Source: Alphaproteobacteria bacterium
GTDB lineage: Bacteria > Pseudomonadota > Alphaproteobacteria > CACIAM-22H2
Reading direction: 5' to 3'
Assembly: GCA_036381615.1 (NCBI GenBank)
Contig: DASVCL010000012.1
Span: 56,823-120,822, forward strand
DNA length: 64,000 nt
This document shows positions 38,281 through 50,749 of the stretch, in pieces. The position numbers were made by a program, and so were the translations under genes. Under the pieces are notes generated by a model. That model was given only the letters and a program-made list of their open reading frames with translations, did no database searches and was not told the origin of the DNA. Numbering within the stretch: position 1 is the first letter of the stretch; the number at the start of each line of letters is the position of its first letter.

Positions 38281-40461
38281 TTAGGGAACTGAGCCGTACA
38301 CGGTACGTTCGCCCGTTCCCACCATGATGACGACCGAACGGCCCTTCACGAACGTATGTTCCCCGCGGAGAATCTCTTTTTTCCGTCCAATCCCCCTGGC
38401 TGCGGCGGTATCGAAGGCAACGGACCAGTGCGCCACAGCGGTGACGCCAGGAACCTTGAACCGCATGTCCTCGTGGTGCGCGTTGAGGATGAGGATGACC
38501 GGCGCTTCGTTGTCGATCTCGGTATCGGTCAGCCCGTGATACTGCGTGAGCTCGCCCCACAGCATCAGAGCGAGAAAGCGCGCTTCCGGAAAGCACCAGT
38601 CTTCCGGCGTCATTTCGCCGCCGTCAGGCTTCAGCCAGGTCACGTCTTTTTGCTTGCCGTGCTGTACGGGCGTACCCCTCAGAAACTTGCCGCCCCGCGG
38701 CCATTTGTACTTCTTACGAAAGGCGATCAGCATGCGGACGAAATCGAACAGCTCCCATCTCATGTGGTCATCGCTGCTGGGCCACGTGACCCAGCCGATC
38801 GGATTGTCCTGGCAATACGGGTTGTTGTTGCCCTTCTGACTGTTGCCGAACTCATCACCGGCAAGAATCATCGGCACGCCCAGCGACAGCAGCAGCGTCG
38901 CCAACATGTTCCGTTTCTGCCGTTCGCGCAGGTGAAGGACCTGTTCATCGTCCGTTTCGCCCTCCACGCCGCAGTTCCAGCTGTAATTCTCCGAAATGCC
39001 GTCCCGATTGTGCTCGCCGTTGGCCTCGTTGTGTTTGCGGTTGTAGCTGACGAGATCCTGCAACGTGAATCCGTCGTGGCACGTGACGAAATTGATGGTG
39101 GCCCACGGCCGGCGCGCCCGGCGATCGTAGAGGTCGGCCGATCCGGTGATACGCCTCGCCACCTCGCCGATCAGCCCTCCGTCGCCGCGCCAGAAGCGCC
39201 GTATCGTGTCGCGATAGCGGTCGTTCCATTCGGACCAGCCCGGCGGCAAGTGCCCCACCTGATAACCTCCGGGCCCGATGTCCCAAGGCTCCGCGACCAG
39301 CTTGACTCGGGACAGAACGGGATCCTGCCGCACCGCCTGCAGAAACGGTGCATGCTCGTCATATCCGGCGGGTCCCCGTGCGAGTGTCGTCGCGAGGTCG
39401 AACCGGAAACCGTCGACGTGCATTTCCTCGACCCAGTACCGCAGCGAGTCCATGACCAGCTGCAGAACGCGCGGGTGCCCGAGATTGAGGGCGTTGCCGC
39501 ACCCGGTGAAGTCCTCGTAGTAACGCGGGTCGCCTCCGGCGAGCCGGTAATAGCTGGCGTTATCGATCCCCCTGAAGCTCAGGGTGGGGCCAAGATGGTT
39601 GCCTTCGGCGGTATGATTGTAGACGACGTCGAGAATGACCTCGATTCCGGCGGCGTGAAGCCGGGATACCATGGTCTTGAACTCGTTGACGTTTCGGCCG
39701 GAAAGGTATCGCGGCTCCGGCGCGAAGAAGCCGATCGAGTTGTAGCCCCAGAAATTGCGCAGATCCTTCCCGAGCAGGTACCGGTCGTCGACGAATGCGT
39801 GAACCGGCAGCAACTCGACCGCCGTGATGCCGAGGCGGATCAGATACTCAATGGTTTCGGGCGCACAAAGCGCCGCAAAGGACCCGCGGATGGCAGGTGC
39901 GATGTCTCGGCGCTGCATCGTGAAACCGCGCACATGCAGCTCGTATATGATCGTGCTGGTCCATGGCGTTTGCGGCCGCCGGTCGTCGTTCCAGGAAAAT
40001 GCCGTGTCCAGAAGCACGCATTTCGGCATGCCTCGCGCATTGTCGCGCCGATCGAAGGAGAGGTCCTGCCGAGGGCTGCCGACCCGATAGCCGAAATGCG
40101 CGTCTGACCAGCGAACGCGCCCAAACAGGGCCTTCGCGTAGGGGTCCAGCAGAAGCTTGTGATGATTGAAGCGATGTCCATGTGCCGGATCGTAGGGCCC
40201 ATAGACGCGGTATCCGTAAAGCATACCTGGCCGCGCATCGGGGAGATACGCGTGCCAGATCTCGTCGGTCCGTTCCGCGAGGCGGATTCGGTCGATCTCG
40301 CGCGCCCCCGTGGCATCGAAGATCGAAAGGTCGACGCGCTCGGCATTCGCCGAAAAGAGGGCAAAATTGGCACCTTTGCCATCCCATGTCGCACCGAGCG
40401 GATATGGCCGGCCCGGTTCTACACGCTGCTGCGCTGGCCACGTCAACGGCGCCTCAGGCAT
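38281..40461 (-). CDS. glgX: glycogen debranching enzyme / isoamylase
   Basis: [39 protein letters not shown] and CHDGFTL motifs. Confidence 0.96.
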   Translation of the reverse strand: MPEAPLTWPAQQRVEPGRPYPLGATWDGKGANFALFSANAERVDLSIFDATGAREIDRIRLAERTDEIWHAYLPDARPGMLYGYRVYGPYDPAHGHRFNHHKLLLDPYAKALFGRVRWSDAHFGYRVGSPRQDLSFDRRDNARGMPKCVLLDTAFSWNDDRRPQTPWTSTIIYELHVRGFTMQRRDIAPAIRGSFAALCAPETIEYLIRLGITAVELLPVHAFVDDRYLLGKDLRNFWGYNSIGFFAPEPRYLSGRNVNEFKTMVSRLHAAGIEVILDVVYNHTAEGNHLGPTLSFRGIDNASYYRLAGGDPRYYEDFTGCGNALNLGHPRVLQLVMDSLRYWVEEMHVDGFRFDLATTLARGPAGYDEHAPFLQAVRQDPVLSRVKLVAEPWDIGPGGYQVGHLPPGWSEWNDRYRDTIRRFWRGDGGLIGEVARRITGSADLYDRRARRPWATINFVTCHDGFTLQDLVSYNRKHNEANGEHNRDGISENYSWNCGVEGETDDEQVLHLRERQKRNMLATLLLSLGVPMILAGDEFGNSQKGNNNPYCQDNPIGWVTWPSSDDHMRWELFDFVRMLIAFRKKYKWPRGGKFLRGTPVQHGKQKDVTWLKPDGGEMTPEDWCFPEARFLALMLWGELTQYHGLTDTEIDNEAPVILILNAHHEDMRFKVPGVTAVAHWSVAFDTAAARGIGRKKEILRGEHTFVKGRSVVIMVGTGERTVYGSVP

Positions 40462-42652
40462 CGCGGACAGGCCGCAGGATCAGCACGCCGAGCGGCGGAA
40501 GCACGAGACTGAGAGAGAACGGCCGTCCCTGCCAGGGGATCGGATCAGCCTGTATGCGCCCCATATTTCCGACGTTGCTGCCGCCATACGCGCCCGAATC
40601 CGAATTGATGAGTTCGACATAGGCGCAACCTTCGGGAACGCCGACGCGATATTCGGTCCGCATCAAGGGCGTGAAGTGGCACACGACGACGACATAGTCC
40701 TGCGGTTCGGTGCCACGACGCATGAAGGCGATTACGCTCGCGGCTTCGTCGGCGCCATCTATCCACTCGAAACCTTCCGGCTGGCAGTCGCGCGTGTGCA
40801 GGGCCGGAACTGACCGGTAGAGGCGGTTGAGATCCCAAACGAGCCGCTGCACGCCTGCATGGAACGGGTCGTTGAGCAGATGCCAGTCGAGAGATGTCTG
40901 GTGACTCCATTCCCGCTCCTGTGCGAACTCGTTTCCCATGAACAGGAGCTTCTTTCCCGGATGGGCGTACATGAACACGTAGTACGCGCGCAGGTTGGCG
41001 AACTTCTGCCAGCGATCGCCGGCCATCTTTGCCAGCAGCGATCCCTTACCGTGAACGACCTCGTCGTGCGACAGCGTCAGGACGAAGTTCTCGCTGAACG
41101 CGTAGACGAAGCTGAACGTCAGCTCGTTGTGATGATAACGGCGGTACACCGGATCGCGGCCGAGATAACCCAGCGTGTCGTGCATCCAGCCAAGATTCCA
41201 CTTGTAACCGAAGCCGAGCCCTCCCGTGTCGACCGGACGGGAAACGTTCGGCCATGCGGTCGACTCCTCGGCGATGGTTATCGCGCCGGGATATTGTCCG
41301 TAGACCAGCCGGTTCAGCCGCTGAAGAAAGTCGATCGCCTCCAGGTTCTCGCGGCCGCCATATTTGTTCGGAATCCACTGACCGGGTTGCCGGCTATAGT
41401 CGCGATAAAGCATCGAGGCCACCGCATCCACGCGCAACCCGTCGACGTGGTGCTGGTCGAGCCAGAACAGCGCACTCGACAGCAGGAAATTCGCGACCTC
41501 ATTCCGGCCGTAGTTATAGATGAGCGTGTTCCAGTCGATGTGCCGGCCTTCCTCCGGATTGGCGTGCTCGTAGAGATACGTCCCGTCGAAGAAGCCAAGG
41601 CCATGAGGATCATCGGGGAAGTGGCCCGGAACCCAGTCGAGGATGACGCCGATTCCGGCCTGATGGAACGTGTCGACGAGGGCGCGAAACTCGTCGGGCG
41701 TCCCATATCGGCTGGTCGCCGCGAACATGCCGGTCGGCTGATAACCCCAAGACCCGTCGAACGGATGCTCGGTCACCGGCATGAACTCGACATGCGTGAA
41801 TCCCATGTCCTGGACATACGGGACAAGTTCCGCGGCGAGTTCGCCGTAGGTCAGGGATCGCCCGCCCTGCTCGATCTTCCGCCGCCACGACCCGAGATGT
41901 ACCTCGTAGATCGACATCGGCGCGGCGCCACTGCTGGCGCCGCTGCGCGTCTTCATCCATGCGTCGTCGTTCCATTCGTACCGGCTCAGGTCGTAAACGA
42001 TGGATGCGGTCGCCGGCGGGCGCTCCGCATAGAACGCGACCGGATCGGCCTTGAGCGGCAGCAACGCCCCGTTCCGCGCCTTGATTTCGTACTTGTACAA
42101 GGCGCCGACGCCGATCCCTGGAATGAAGATTTCCCACACGCCGCATTCATGACGCAGCCGCATCGAATGCCTGCGGCCGTCCCAGCCGTTGAACTCGCCC
42201 ACGACGCTGACGCGGCGCGCGTTCGGCGCCCACACGGCGAACCCGACGCCGGCGATGCCCTCGATCGTCATCGGATGCGCGCCGAGGCGCTCGAACGAAC
42301 GGGTATGCGTGCCCTCGGCCAGCAGATAGACGTCGAGTTCGCCCAATATGGGCGGGAACCGGTACGGATCCTCCACCTCGACGACCGACGATCCTGCATC
42401 GACTCTCAACCGATACGGAAACGGGTGCCGATGGGCGATCGACCCGGCAAACACGCCTTCGTCGTGAATGCGGCTGAGATCCCCGGCCGGTTTGCCGCTC
42501 GCGGCGTCGATCACCGTGACATGACGCGCGCCCGGCTGAAACGTCCGCACGACGACGCCGTCGTCCTGGCCATGGATGCCGAGATAGGAAAACGGGTCCG
42601 GATGATCGGCCGTGACGATCAGATGCGCCTGGTTGAGTTCTTCACGGAGCAT
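40454..42652 (-). CDS. glgB: 1,4-alpha-glucan branching enzyme
   Basis: [45 protein letters not shown] and [10 protein letters not shown] motifs. Confidence 0.97.
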   Translation of the reverse strand: MLREELNQAHLIVTADHPDPFSYLGIHGQDDGVVVRTFQPGARHVTVIDAASGKPAGDLSRIHDEGVFAGSIAHRHPFPYRLRVDAGSSVVEVEDPYRFPPILGELDVYLLAEGTHTRSFERLGAHPMTIEGIAGVGFAVWAPNARRVSVVGEFNGWDGRRHSMRLRHECGVWEIFIPGIGVGALYKYEIKARNGALLPLKADPVAFYAERPPATASIVYDLSRYEWNDDAWMKTRSGASSGAAPMSIYEVHLGSWRRKIEQGGRSLTYGELAAELVPYVQDMGFTHVEFMPVTEHPFDGSWGYQPTGMFAATSRYGTPDEFRALVDTFHQAGIGVILDWVPGHFPDDPHGLGFFDGTYLYEHANPEEGRHIDWNTLIYNYGRNEVANFLLSSALFWLDQHHVDGLRVDAVASMLYRDYSRQPGQWIPNKYGGRENLEAIDFLQRLNRLVYGQYPGAITIAEESTAWPNVSRPVDTGGLGFGYKWNLGWMHDTLGYLGRDPVYRRYHHNELTFSFVYAFSENFVLTLSHDEVVHGKGSLLAKMAGDRWQKFANLRAYYVFMYAHPGKKLLFMGNEFAQEREWSHQTSLDWHLLNDPFHAGVQRLVWDLNRLYRSVPALHTRDCQPEGFEWIDGADEAASVIAFMRRGTEPQDYVVVVCHFTPLMRTEYRVGVPEGCAYVELINSDSGAYGGSNVGNMGRIQADPIPWQGRPFSLSLVLPPLGVLILRPVRDA

Positions 42653-45600
42653 GCCCGGCCCCCAGGGACTCGGGGAAAAGGAACGTCATTGCACCGGACA
42701 GAGGAATACCGACCCAGCTCGGCCGGTTGGCAATCTCGTAGCGAAGCTCGTAGAAAATCTTCTCGAGCATGAAAAGAACGAGAAGCTTGCGAACCGTTCC
42801 CTCGTCTTCCGGCACGCTGCGACAGCCCTGGCTTGCCTCCGTATAGCCCCGCAGGAACGCGGCACTGGCCTGATCGCGCCAGATCATGGCCTGGCGCTCG
42901 AAAAGCTCGCGGCGGTGCGGATGATCCTGGACGACGCGCGACAGGGCTGCCCAGGCGGCGTAATCGAACGAGCGCAGGAGGCCGGCGACATCCTTGAGCG
43001 GCGAATGCTTCACGCGGCGCTGCTCGAAGGCTTTGTGCGGCTCGCCCTCGAAATCGATGATGAAGAAATCCTGCTGCACGACGAGGACCTGGCCCAGATG
43101 GAAGTCGCCATGGAGGCGCGTCTTCATCGCGGCGACACGATCGGGGACCTGATCGTCGATGCGGGCAAAAATCTGATCGCGATGGGCGATCAGAAACTCC
43201 GCGTCGCGCCGTGCGTCAGGATCGAGGTTGACCAGGCGCGGCGCAAGGACCGCCAGGGCCCTTTCGGCTTCCTCGTGCGCAGCCATGCGCCATTGATCGA
43301 TATCCTGGGTCGTAACCTGCTCGGGCCGAAATGAAGGGTCTTCCGTGTCGATGGCAAGGGCCTTGTGCATCTCGGCCGTTCGGATACCGAGCTGCTGCAC
43401 TCCAGTAAGGTAAAGCGCATGCCGGTCGGGACGCGCCTCGACCTCTTCGACCGGCAGCAACGCACATTCGTCGAGGAACTGGCCAAGATAGGTCATCGCC
43501 TGCGACCACCCATCGCCTTGATTCCGGACGAAACCGTGGACGATGGCCAGCGCCGTCGGCGTACCATCGCCGCCTATATGTTCCACCGTTCCGAGCACGG
43601 GCGGCGTGTTCGCGAACTGGGCCTCGTCGGTGAGGAACCGGCCCATCTCGATCTCGGGCTGAATGCCGGCATGCACCGCGCGGTAGAGTTTAACGACGAC
43701 ATAGTCCTCGACCAGAACCGACGTGTTCGTCTGCTCGCGGCCGACGAGGCGGATGACGGGTTGTTCGGGGCGGGAAGATCGGTCGATGGCACGCGTCGGC
43801 GTGAACTTGAAGGTTCCGTTGGTCGCCGGGATCGCGCGCCCGGCGCCGATATGGTCAAGGAGATCGACGATGAACTCCTCGACCGAGGCCGCGTCCAGAA
43901 GAACCCCCTCGTTCGACCCCTGGCGCAGTTTGGCGATGATGTAAGGTTGGCTGGATGGGTTGATGGCGTTCACCGCCTTCCATTGGGCGGCAAGCGGCAG
44001 AAAGTACCGCTGAGTCGAACCGTGGTCGGACAGCCTGACCTCCACGAGCGTGAGCAGCCAGTTCTGGCCGGATGCCGGCGCGCTCGTCGTCGCGACGGCG
44101 CAGCTTTGCAGCACGGCATCCTTCCCCGAAAACCAGCGCTGCTGCGGCAAGTACGCCGGAAGCACGTCGCGCTCGATCGTCGCCCTTCCGCGACCTTCGA
44201 CCACATCGCTCCACCCGCGCGACCAGATGATGGTCACGTACTCCGGCATTACGACGGTATCGGGCGCCGCCATGAAATCGTCCCGCAGTTTCGCCGGATC
44301 AGCCAGCAGAAACCAATAGAACGCATAACCCGGACAGGTCAGCACATAGGGGCCCGCCCCGATCTGCGGAAAAAGCACACGTCCGGTCAATTCCACGGGC
44401 ACCTGCCCGCGATGGTGCGAAAGGTCGAGCTCGACCGGCTGTGGGTAGCGCGACAGGTTCGCCACGCACAGGACCGTCTCGTCCTCGTATTCCCGCAGAT
44501 AGGCAAGGATGCGCCGGTTCTTGGGGTAGATCAGCTTGAGGCTGCCGCGGCCGAATACCTTGCGCGTCTGCCGCACGGCGATCATGCGCTTGGTCCAGTT
44601 GAGGAGCGAAGACGGGCTCCGGCTCTGCGCCTCGACGTTTATCGCGTGGTAGCCATAGACGGGGTCCATCAGCGGCGGCAGGTACAGCTGGGCCGGATCT
44701 GCGCGCGAGAACCCGCCGTTCCTGTCCGGCGTCCACTGCATCGGCGTTCTGACGCCGTTGCGGTCGCCCAGGAAAATGTTGTCGCCCATGCCGATTTCGT
44801 CGCCGTAATACAGGATCGGCGTTCCGGGCATCGACAGAAGCAAGCTGTTCATCAGCTCGATCTTGCGACGATCGTTCTCCATCAGCGGCGCCAGACGGCG
44901 CCGGATGCCAAGGTTCAGTCGCGCCCGCGGGTCCGACGCGTACGTATTCCAGAGATAGTCCCGCTCCGAATCCGTCACCATCTCGAGCGTCAGCTCGTCA
45001 TGGTTCCGCAGGAAGACGCCCCACTGGCAGGTCTCCGGAATTTCCGGCGTCTGGCGCAGAATATCGGTGATTGCGTGGCGGTCTTCCCGCGCGATCGCCA
45101 TGTACATGCGCGGCATCAACGGGAAGTGATACGCCATGTGGCACTCGTCGCCGTTGCCGAAGTACTGCTGCACGTCTTCGGGCCACTGATTCGCCTCGGC
45201 GATGAACATCCGGTTCTTGTGGCGCTCGTCCAGCGCAAGGCGGAGTTTGCGAATCCGCTCATGCGTCTCGGGCAGGTTCTCGTTGTTGGTGCCTTCGCGC
45301 TCGCAGAGATACGGAATCGCATCGAGCCTCAGCCCGTCGACGCCCAGATCGAGCCAGAAACGCATAACATTGATGACCGCGCGCACGACCTGAGGGTTGT
45401 CGAAATTGAGATCCGGCTGATGCGAAAAGAAACGATGCCAGTAATACTGCTTTGCGACCGGATCCCACGCCCAGTTGGACGGCTCCGTGTCGCGGAAGAT
45501 GATGCGCGTCCCGGCGTAACGCTGATCCGTGTCGCTCCAGACGTACCAGTTCCGGTACGAGCTTCCCGGTCGGGCGCGACGCGCCCGTTGGAACCATGGG

Positions 45601-45932
45601 TGCTGATCCGAAGTGTGATTGATCACCAGCTCGGTGATCACCCGGATATTCCGACGATGCGCCTCCCGCACGAATCGCGAGAAGTCCCGCATCGTTCCGT
45701 AGGCCGGGTTGACGGCCGTGTAGTCGGCGATGTCATACCCGTCGTCACGCAGCGGCGATGGATAGAACGGCAGCACCCAGATGGCCGTGACGCCGAGATC
45801 CTGCAGATAGTCGAGCTTCTCCGTCAGACCGACAAAGTCTCCGAGGCCATCTCCGTTCGAATCGTAAAAGGCCTTGACGTGAACCTCGTAGATGATGACG
45901 TCCTTGTACCAAAGCGGGTCATCGGCAAGCAT
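42642..45932 (-). CDS. treS: trehalose synthase fused to maltokinase (TreS-Mak/Pep2)
   Basis: N-terminal GH13 TreS ([31 protein letters not shown]); C-terminal kinase ([20 protein letters not shown]). Confidence 0.95.
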   Translation of the reverse strand: MLADDPLWYKDVIIYEVHVKAFYDSNGDGLGDFVGLTEKLDYLQDLGVTAIWVLPFYPSPLRDDGYDIADYTAVNPAYGTMRDFSRFVREAHRRNIRVITELVINHTSDQHPWFQRARRARPGSSYRNWYVWSDTDQRYAGTRIIFRDTEPSNWAWDPVAKQYYWHRFFSHQPDLNFDNPQVVRAVINVMRFWLDLGVDGLRLDAIPYLCEREGTNNENLPETHERIRKLRLALDERHKNRMFIAEANQWPEDVQQYFGNGDECHMAYHFPLMPRMYMAIAREDRHAITDILRQTPEIPETCQWGVFLRNHDELTLEMVTDSERDYLWNTYASDPRARLNLGIRRRLAPLMENDRRKIELMNSLLLSMPGTPILYYGDEIGMGDNIFLGDRNGVRTPMQWTPDRNGGFSRADPAQLYLPPLMDPVYGYHAINVEAQSRSPSSLLNWTKRMIAVRQTRKVFGRGSLKLIYPKNRRILAYLREYEDETVLCVANLSRYPQPVELDLSHHRGQVPVELTGRVLFPQIGAGPYVLTCPGYAFYWFLLADPAKLRDDFMAAPDTVVMPEYVTIIWSRGWSDVVEGRGRATIERDVLPAYLPQQRWFSGKDAVLQSCAVATTSAPASGQNWLLTLVEVRLSDHGSTQRYFLPLAAQWKAVNAINPSSQPYIIAKLRQGSNEGVLLDAASVEEFIVDLLDHIGAGRAIPATNGTFKFTPTRAIDRSSRPEQPVIRLVGREQTNTSVLVEDYVVVKLYRAVHAGIQPEIEMGRFLTDEAQFANTPPVLGTVEHIGGDGTPTALAIVHGFVRNQGDGWSQAMTYLGQFLDECALLPVEEVEARPDRHALYLTGVQQLGIRTAEMHKALAIDTEDPSFRPEQVTTQDIDQWRMAAHEEAERALAVLAPRLVNLDPDARRDAEFLIAHRDQIFARIDDQVPDRVAAMKTRLHGDFHLGQVLVVQQDFFIIDFEGEPHKAFEQRRVKHSPLKDVAGLLRSFDYAAWAALSRVVQDHPHRRELFERQAMIWRDQASAAFLRGYTEASQGCRSVPEDEGTVRKLLVLFMLEKIFYELRYEIANRPSWVGIPLSGAMTFLFPESLGAGHAP

Positions 45933-45959
45933 CGAGCGCTCCGCCCGGGTGGTTCTTGA

Positions 45960-47984
45960 TTACGTACCGATCCGGAATATCGCCGCCGGCATCCTGGCCG
46001 GATCCAGCTCAACGCGCTGCTGCCGGCCGCGCCACCGGTGGCGGGAACCGGTGAGCAGCTCCTCGACCTCGAATTCCCGATCGACCCCGATTTCAAGCTC
46101 GTCCAGCGGCAGGCTGACCGTGGCGGCGTGGACCGCGAACGGGTCGAGGTTCACCGCAACGAAAATCCGATTGGAACCGTCTTTGCTGATCTTTCCATAG
46201 AATATGATGTTGTCGTCATCGGCCGGATAAAAACGCAGATTCAGGAACTCCTGCAGTGCCGCGTTGTCGCGGCGGATCATGTTCACGGCGCGAATCACGT
46301 CCTTGATATTGCCCGGACGATCCCAGTCCCAGACCTTGTACTGATACTTTTCCGAGTCCGCGTATTCCTCCGTTCCGTGAATCGCCCGGTTCTCGCACAG
46401 CTCGAAACCGTTGTAGATGCCGTAGACGCTCGACAGCGTCGCGGCCAGAATCAGCCTGATGATGAAGGCCGGGCGTCCGCCCGTCTGCAGAAACGGCGGC
46501 AGAATGTCCGGCGTGTTGGTGAAGAAGTTCGGCCGGAAATATTCCCGCATCTCGGTCTGAGTGAGCTCGGTCAGGTATTCGATCAGTTCCTGCTTGGTGT
46601 TGCGCCAGGTAAAATACGTGTAGGACTGCGTGAAGCCGACCTTCGCCAGCCGGCGCATCATTTTCGGACGGGTGAACGCTTCGGACAGGAAAATGACGTC
46701 CGGATGGTCGACCTGGATCTGTCGGATCATCCATTCCCAGAACGGCACCGGCTTCGTGTGGGGATTGTCGACGCGGAACGTCTTGACCTCCTGCTTGATC
46801 CAGAACACGACGACGTCGCGCAATTCTTCCCACAGGCCTTTCTCGTCAGGCCCGTAGAAGTTCACGTTCACGATATCCTGGTACTTCTTTGGCGGGTTCT
46901 CCGCGTGCTTGATCGTGCCATCCGGGCGAAAGGTGAACCACTCGGGGTGATCCGCGATCCACGGGTGATCCGGTGAGCACTGGATTGCGAAATCCAGCGC
47001 CACTTCCATGCCATGGCTGCGGCAGGCGCCGACAAAGCGCCTGAAATCCTCCAACGTACCGAGGTCGGGATGCACCGCCGTATGGCCGCCCTCCCGCCCC
47101 CCGATCGCATAAGGACTTCCGGGATCATCGGGTCCGGCATGCAATGTATTGTTGGGCCCCTTGCGATTGGTCTGGCCGATCGGATGGATCGGCACAAGGT
47201 AGACGACGTCGAACCCCATGTCGCGGATGGCGGGCAAACGCGCGATGCAATCCTCGAAGGTCGCGCTGCGCCCGGCCATGGTGCCCTGCGAACGCGGGAA
47301 CATCTCGTACCAGGACGCGAAACGGGCGGCTGCGCGGTCGGCCACGACCTCGAGTTCACGATCGAAGGTGGTGCGATCCTCGCGCGGACCCCAGCGCGCC
47401 ATGAGTCTTTGCATCTCCTTCGACAGCAGAATCGATGCACGATCGGATGTCTCGGCCGTGCGGTTGAATCCGCGGATCGCGTCCTCAAGCACCGGGCGAT
47501 CTTGCCGGTCGGCAACCTCGGCTGCTGCGGCGACGATTTCGCGCCCCTCGATCAGATCGATATCGACGTTCTGCCCGGCATCTATTTTTTTGATGACATC
47601 CTGGCGCCACGAGGCGAACGCATCGGTCCACGCCTCGACCGTGTAAAGATACCGCGTATTTCGTTCGAGCACGAACGCGCCCATCCACCGGTCGTTGTCG
47701 TGGTGGTGCATCGGCGCCTCATGCCACGCACCGTCATCGGCCGCACGAAACCGGATGGTCGCACCGATCACGTCATGACCATCGCGGAAGATATCGGCCC
47801 AGACATCGAAATTGTCGCCCACCACCCGCTTGACCGGGAAGCGCCCGCAATCGAGTTCGGGATAGACGTCTTCGATAATGATGCGGGCCGTCGGCGACCA
47901 CATCGGGTGCGCCTTCCGATCCTTTGCACGCGGGACGCCTTTTCGGGCGACTTTCTTTTCGTTGCTCCGTACGCCGGCCGTCAT
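45960..47984 (-). CDS. glgE: alpha-1,4-glucan:maltose-1-phosphate maltosyltransferase
   Basis: WYEMFPRS, GSPYAIG, HAENPPKKYQDI, FRVDNPHTKP, LSEAFT and NTPDIL motifs. Confidence 0.96.
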   Translation of the reverse strand: MTAGVRSNEKKVARKGVPRAKDRKAHPMWSPTARIIIEDVYPELDCGRFPVKRVVGDNFDVWADIFRDGHDVIGATIRFRAADDGAWHEAPMHHHDNDRWMGAFVLERNTRYLYTVEAWTDAFASWRQDVIKKIDAGQNVDIDLIEGREIVAAAAEVADRQDRPVLEDAIRGFNRTAETSDRASILLSKEMQRLMARWGPREDRTTFDRELEVVADRAAARFASWYEMFPRSQGTMAGRSATFEDCIARLPAIRDMGFDVVYLVPIHPIGQTNRKGPNNTLHAGPDDPGSPYAIGGREGGHTAVHPDLGTLEDFRRFVGACRSHGMEVALDFAIQCSPDHPWIADHPEWFTFRPDGTIKHAENPPKKYQDIVNVNFYGPDEKGLWEELRDVVVFWIKQEVKTFRVDNPHTKPVPFWEWMIRQIQVDHPDVIFLSEAFTRPKMMRRLAKVGFTQSYTYFTWRNTKQELIEYLTELTQTEMREYFRPNFFTNTPDILPPFLQTGGRPAFIIRLILAATLSSVYGIYNGFELCENRAIHGTEEYADSEKYQYKVWDWDRPGNIKDVIRAVNMIRRDNAALQEFLNLRFYPADDDNIIFYGKISKDGSNRIFVAVNLDPFAVHAATVSLPLDELEIGVDREFEVEELLTGSRHRWRGRQQRVELDPARMPAAIFRIGT

Positions 47985-48068
47985 GTCACGCCATCGCCTT
48001 TCACGCTGCTTCCGGGCTGATTTCCGACCCCGGATACGATGCCTTTGACCCGGTTCTTTCGGCGTCGG

Positions 48069-49478
48069 TCATGCCCCCGCAGCGAGCGGCAGATGCGCAT
48101 CGACGGCCCCCTGCGCCAGTTCGGTGACGAAACGATCATACCACTTCTCGATGTCGTTCGCGCGAAGCGCTCTGATCATTGCGCCCCAGCGCTCGCGACG
48201 CGCCGCAAGAGGCATGGAAAGCGCCTTCTCGATGCTTCGCCCAAGCTCGTCGATATCGTATGGATTGACCAACAGCGCGGCGTCGAGTTCTCGTGCCGCA
48301 CCCGCAAGCGTCGACAGAACAAGAACACCGGGATTTTCGGGGTCTTGCGCCGCGACATATTCCTTGGCGACGAGGTTCATTCCGTCGCGCAACGGCGTGA
48401 CGCACGCAACCGGACTCATCCGGTAGAGGCTCGCAAGGGTTCGCGGCGCGAAGCTCCGGTTGATGTAGCGGACCGCACTCCACTCGAGATCGCTGAAGCG
48501 ACCGTTGATCTCGCCAACCATTCTCGCAAGCTGGCGCTGCACCTGTTGATAGGCATAGACCTCGGTACGGGTCATCGGCGTGATCTGAAGAAACGTCACG
48601 CGCCCCTGCTCGTCCGGATAGAATTCGAAGAACCGCCGGTATGCCTCCAGCCGCTGAAACAACCCCTTGCTGTAGTCGAGCCGGTCGACGCCGATCACGA
48701 CCTTTGCACCCTTCAGGCTGTTCCGCAGCTGAACCGCCGATGGCGCATGGACGGCTCCCGCAGCCATCTGGGCGAACAGCTCGACATCGATGCCCACGGG
48801 AAATGCGCCAAGATGCACCGTACGGCGCCCGAACCGCAGCGTGTCTCCGGGCTCCGGGATTGCCCCCAGTTCGTGCTCTGCGTAGTCCATAAAAAAGCAC
48901 TGGTCGTCGGCCGTCTGGAAGCCGACGAGGTCATAGGCGAGCAGCGTACGGAAAAGTTCCTCGTGATGCGGCAGACAGGCAACGGTGCTCCGGCCCGGAA
49001 ACGGCGTGTGGAGAAAGAAGCCCAGTGGTCCGTCGAATCCGAAACGCCGCAGGAACTCCGCGACCATGATGAAATGATAGTCGTGCACCCAGACCATTGC
49101 GCCGCCGTCCGCCACGCGCATGATCGCCCGAGCCATGAATTCGTTGATCGCCTTGTAGCTGGCGAAGGCGTCGCCGTCGTATCTGAGCAGATCGATGCGG
49201 TTATGCAGGATCGGCCACAGGGCGCCATTGGCCATGCCGTTGTAATAGCCGCTGAAGTGGCGCTCCGGCAGGTCCACCGTGGCGACCGCTCCAGCCGCCG
49301 CCGCCGACAATGACGGCAGCAGCGGACCGCTCTCGGTGCGAGACAGATTGCCACTCCATCCCAGCCATATGGCCCCGCGCTTCTCGACGGCGCGCGACAA
49401 GGCGGCGGCCAGCCCGCCTTGCACTCCCCCCTTGTTGGTGGCAAGCGCAACGCGGTTCGAAACAAGGACGACAGTCAT
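48069..49478 (-). CDS. otsA: trehalose-6-phosphate synthase
   Basis: VSNR, GGLA, WVHDYH, FLH.PFP, DRLDYSKG and DGMNLVAKEY motifs. Confidence 0.95.
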   Translation of the reverse strand: MTVVLVSNRVALATNKGGVQGGLAAALSRAVEKRGAIWLGWSGNLSRTESGPLLPSLSAAAAGAVATVDLPERHFSGYYNGMANGALWPILHNRIDLLRYDGDAFASYKAINEFMARAIMRVADGGAMVWVHDYHFIMVAEFLRRFGFDGPLGFFLHTPFPGRSTVACLPHHEELFRTLLAYDLVGFQTADDQCFFMDYAEHELGAIPEPGDTLRFGRRTVHLGAFPVGIDVELFAQMAAGAVHAPSAVQLRNSLKGAKVVIGVDRLDYSKGLFQRLEAYRRFFEFYPDEQGRVTFLQITPMTRTEVYAYQQVQRQLARMVGEINGRFSDLEWSAVRYINRSFAPRTLASLYRMSPVACVTPLRDGMNLVAKEYVAAQDPENPGVLVLSTLAGAARELDAALLVNPYDIDELGRSIEKALSMPLAARRERWGAMIRALRANDIEKWYDRFVTELAQGAVDAHLPLAAGA

Positions 49479-49533
49479 CGACAGAGCATAGAAAAGAGTA
49501 CGGAAAAACAGACGGATGCGGGAACTCCTAAAG

Positions 49534-49558
49534 AACGCGGCTTAGCTGCGTTCGTTCC
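49534..49558 (-). promoter_or_regulatory. sigma-EcfG-type promoter for otsA and probably downstream glucan genes (GGAAC-N16-CGTT)
   Basis: + strand AACG 49534-49537 and GTTCC 49554-49558. Confidence 0.8.
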
Positions 49559-49663
49559 TGCATCCGGCCAAATTCGGCCATAACTTTGTCGGGTTCCGGT
49601 CACGGCGCGCCCGGCGGCGCCCGCCACCACCTCAGCCCGTCGCAGGACCGAGGAGAGGTGACG

Positions 49664-50209
49664 TCAGTCCGCCGCGGCGAACTCGTCTTCGACCTTGCTG
49701 TCGTCAACCTTGGGCGGCAGTCCCTGCTCGGACAGTAGACGTCGCAACTCGACGCGGGCGCGGTTGAGCCGCGACTTCACCGTGCCCACCGCGCACTTGC
49801 AGACCTCGGCTGTATCCTCGTAGCTCAGTCCTGCGGCGGCCACGAGGATCAGCACCTCGCGATGCTGCACTGACATCTTCATCAGCGCTTTCCGCAGCTC
49901 CCCGAACTCGACCGCCGAAAGCTGGCCTGGCGGTGTCGGCAGCGCCGCATCGACGAGGTCATCGACGGGCTCGACCTCGACCTTCCGCCGGCGCAGATCG
50001 CTGATGTGCTGGTTGCGCAGAATGGTGAGGAGCCACGCCTTGATATTCGTGCCCTTCTGGAACTTGTCTTCGGCCGCGAGTGCGCGAACCAGGGTGTCGT
50101 GCACAAGATCGTCGGCTCGCTCCTTGTTTCGGGTCAGCACCCGCGCGAACGCGCGCAGCTGCGGCAAGCATTCTACGATCTGTGCGCGGAAATCACTGCT
50201 GCCGTCCAT
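49664..50209 (-). CDS. ecfG: ECF sigma factor, EcfG/SigT (general stress response)
   Basis: LRAFA..L......ADDLV, WL.TILRN and GTVKSR..RAR motifs; adjacent to nepR and phyR. Confidence 0.92.
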   Translation of the reverse strand: MDGSSDFRAQIVECLPQLRAFARVLTRNKERADDLVHDTLVRALAAEDKFQKGTNIKAWLLTILRNQHISDLRRRKVEVEPVDDLVDAALPTPPGQLSAVEFGELRKALMKMSVQHREVLILVAAAGLSYEDTAEVCKCAVGTVKSRLNRARVELRRLLSEQGLPPKVDDSKVEDEFAAAD

Positions 50210-50414
50210 TCAGGCTCCTTTGTCGCGCGACTGCGTCCGCTCAACTATGTCGCCGGTTATGTCGCCGGCGACAACCGCCGGCGCCCGGACGTATACATTA
50301 TCACCCGAGGCCAGCCTCTCCCATGTATTTGTTCGGACGGGAAGTAGTTCTGAAAATCCGAAACCTTGATCCTTGACAGGAACCCCAATATTGGGTCGGT
50401 ACCGCCCGACTCGT

Positions 50415-50654
50415 TTATTTCGTTTTGTTGGGATTTTTCAAGAGGTCCAGCATCTCCGGTGGGATAGGTTCGTTGATGACGGCCCGATAGAGCAGGTGCA
50501 AACGCTGGTCGAGCCATTCATCGAACGAATCAGGAGGATCCGCCGCATTCCTGGTATACCCGGCCCCGCCGCCGGTCTTCGTCTTGACCGTAGCGGCATG
50601 GGCATTCGCCAACGTGTCGGCTTTGCCCCGGCGACCGGACTGATCGAGTTTCAT
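50415..50654 (-). CDS. nepR: anti-sigma factor NepR
   Basis: FDEWLDQRLHLLYRAVINEPIPPEMLDLL core; AGGAG SD; upstream of ecfG and divergent from phyR. Confidence 0.9.
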   Translation of the reverse strand: MKLDQSGRRGKADTLANAHAATVKTKTGGGAGYTRNAADPPDSFDEWLDQRLHLLYRAVINEPIPPEMLDLLKNPNKTK

Positions 50655-50723
50655 CAAGACAACTCCTACTGCGCGACTGCACATGCCGGCTGCAACCACC
50701 GGGTCGCCACGGCACCGAAAAGA

Positions 50724-50749
50724 AACGTCCAGCGAATTCCAAAGGTTCC
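50724..50749 (-). promoter_or_regulatory. sigma-EcfG-type autoregulatory promoter of nepR-ecfG (GGAAC-N17-CGTT)
   Basis: + strand AACG 50724-50727 and GTTCC 50745-50749. Confidence 0.82.

Noticed and set aside
43365-45959. 864-aa plus-strand ORF and similar long ORFs (40859-42772, 38356-40107, 59338-61143, 61476-62867, 15575-17185, 6936-8552)
   Set aside because: Antisense shadows of well-supported genes, typical of high-GC codon bias; no motifs
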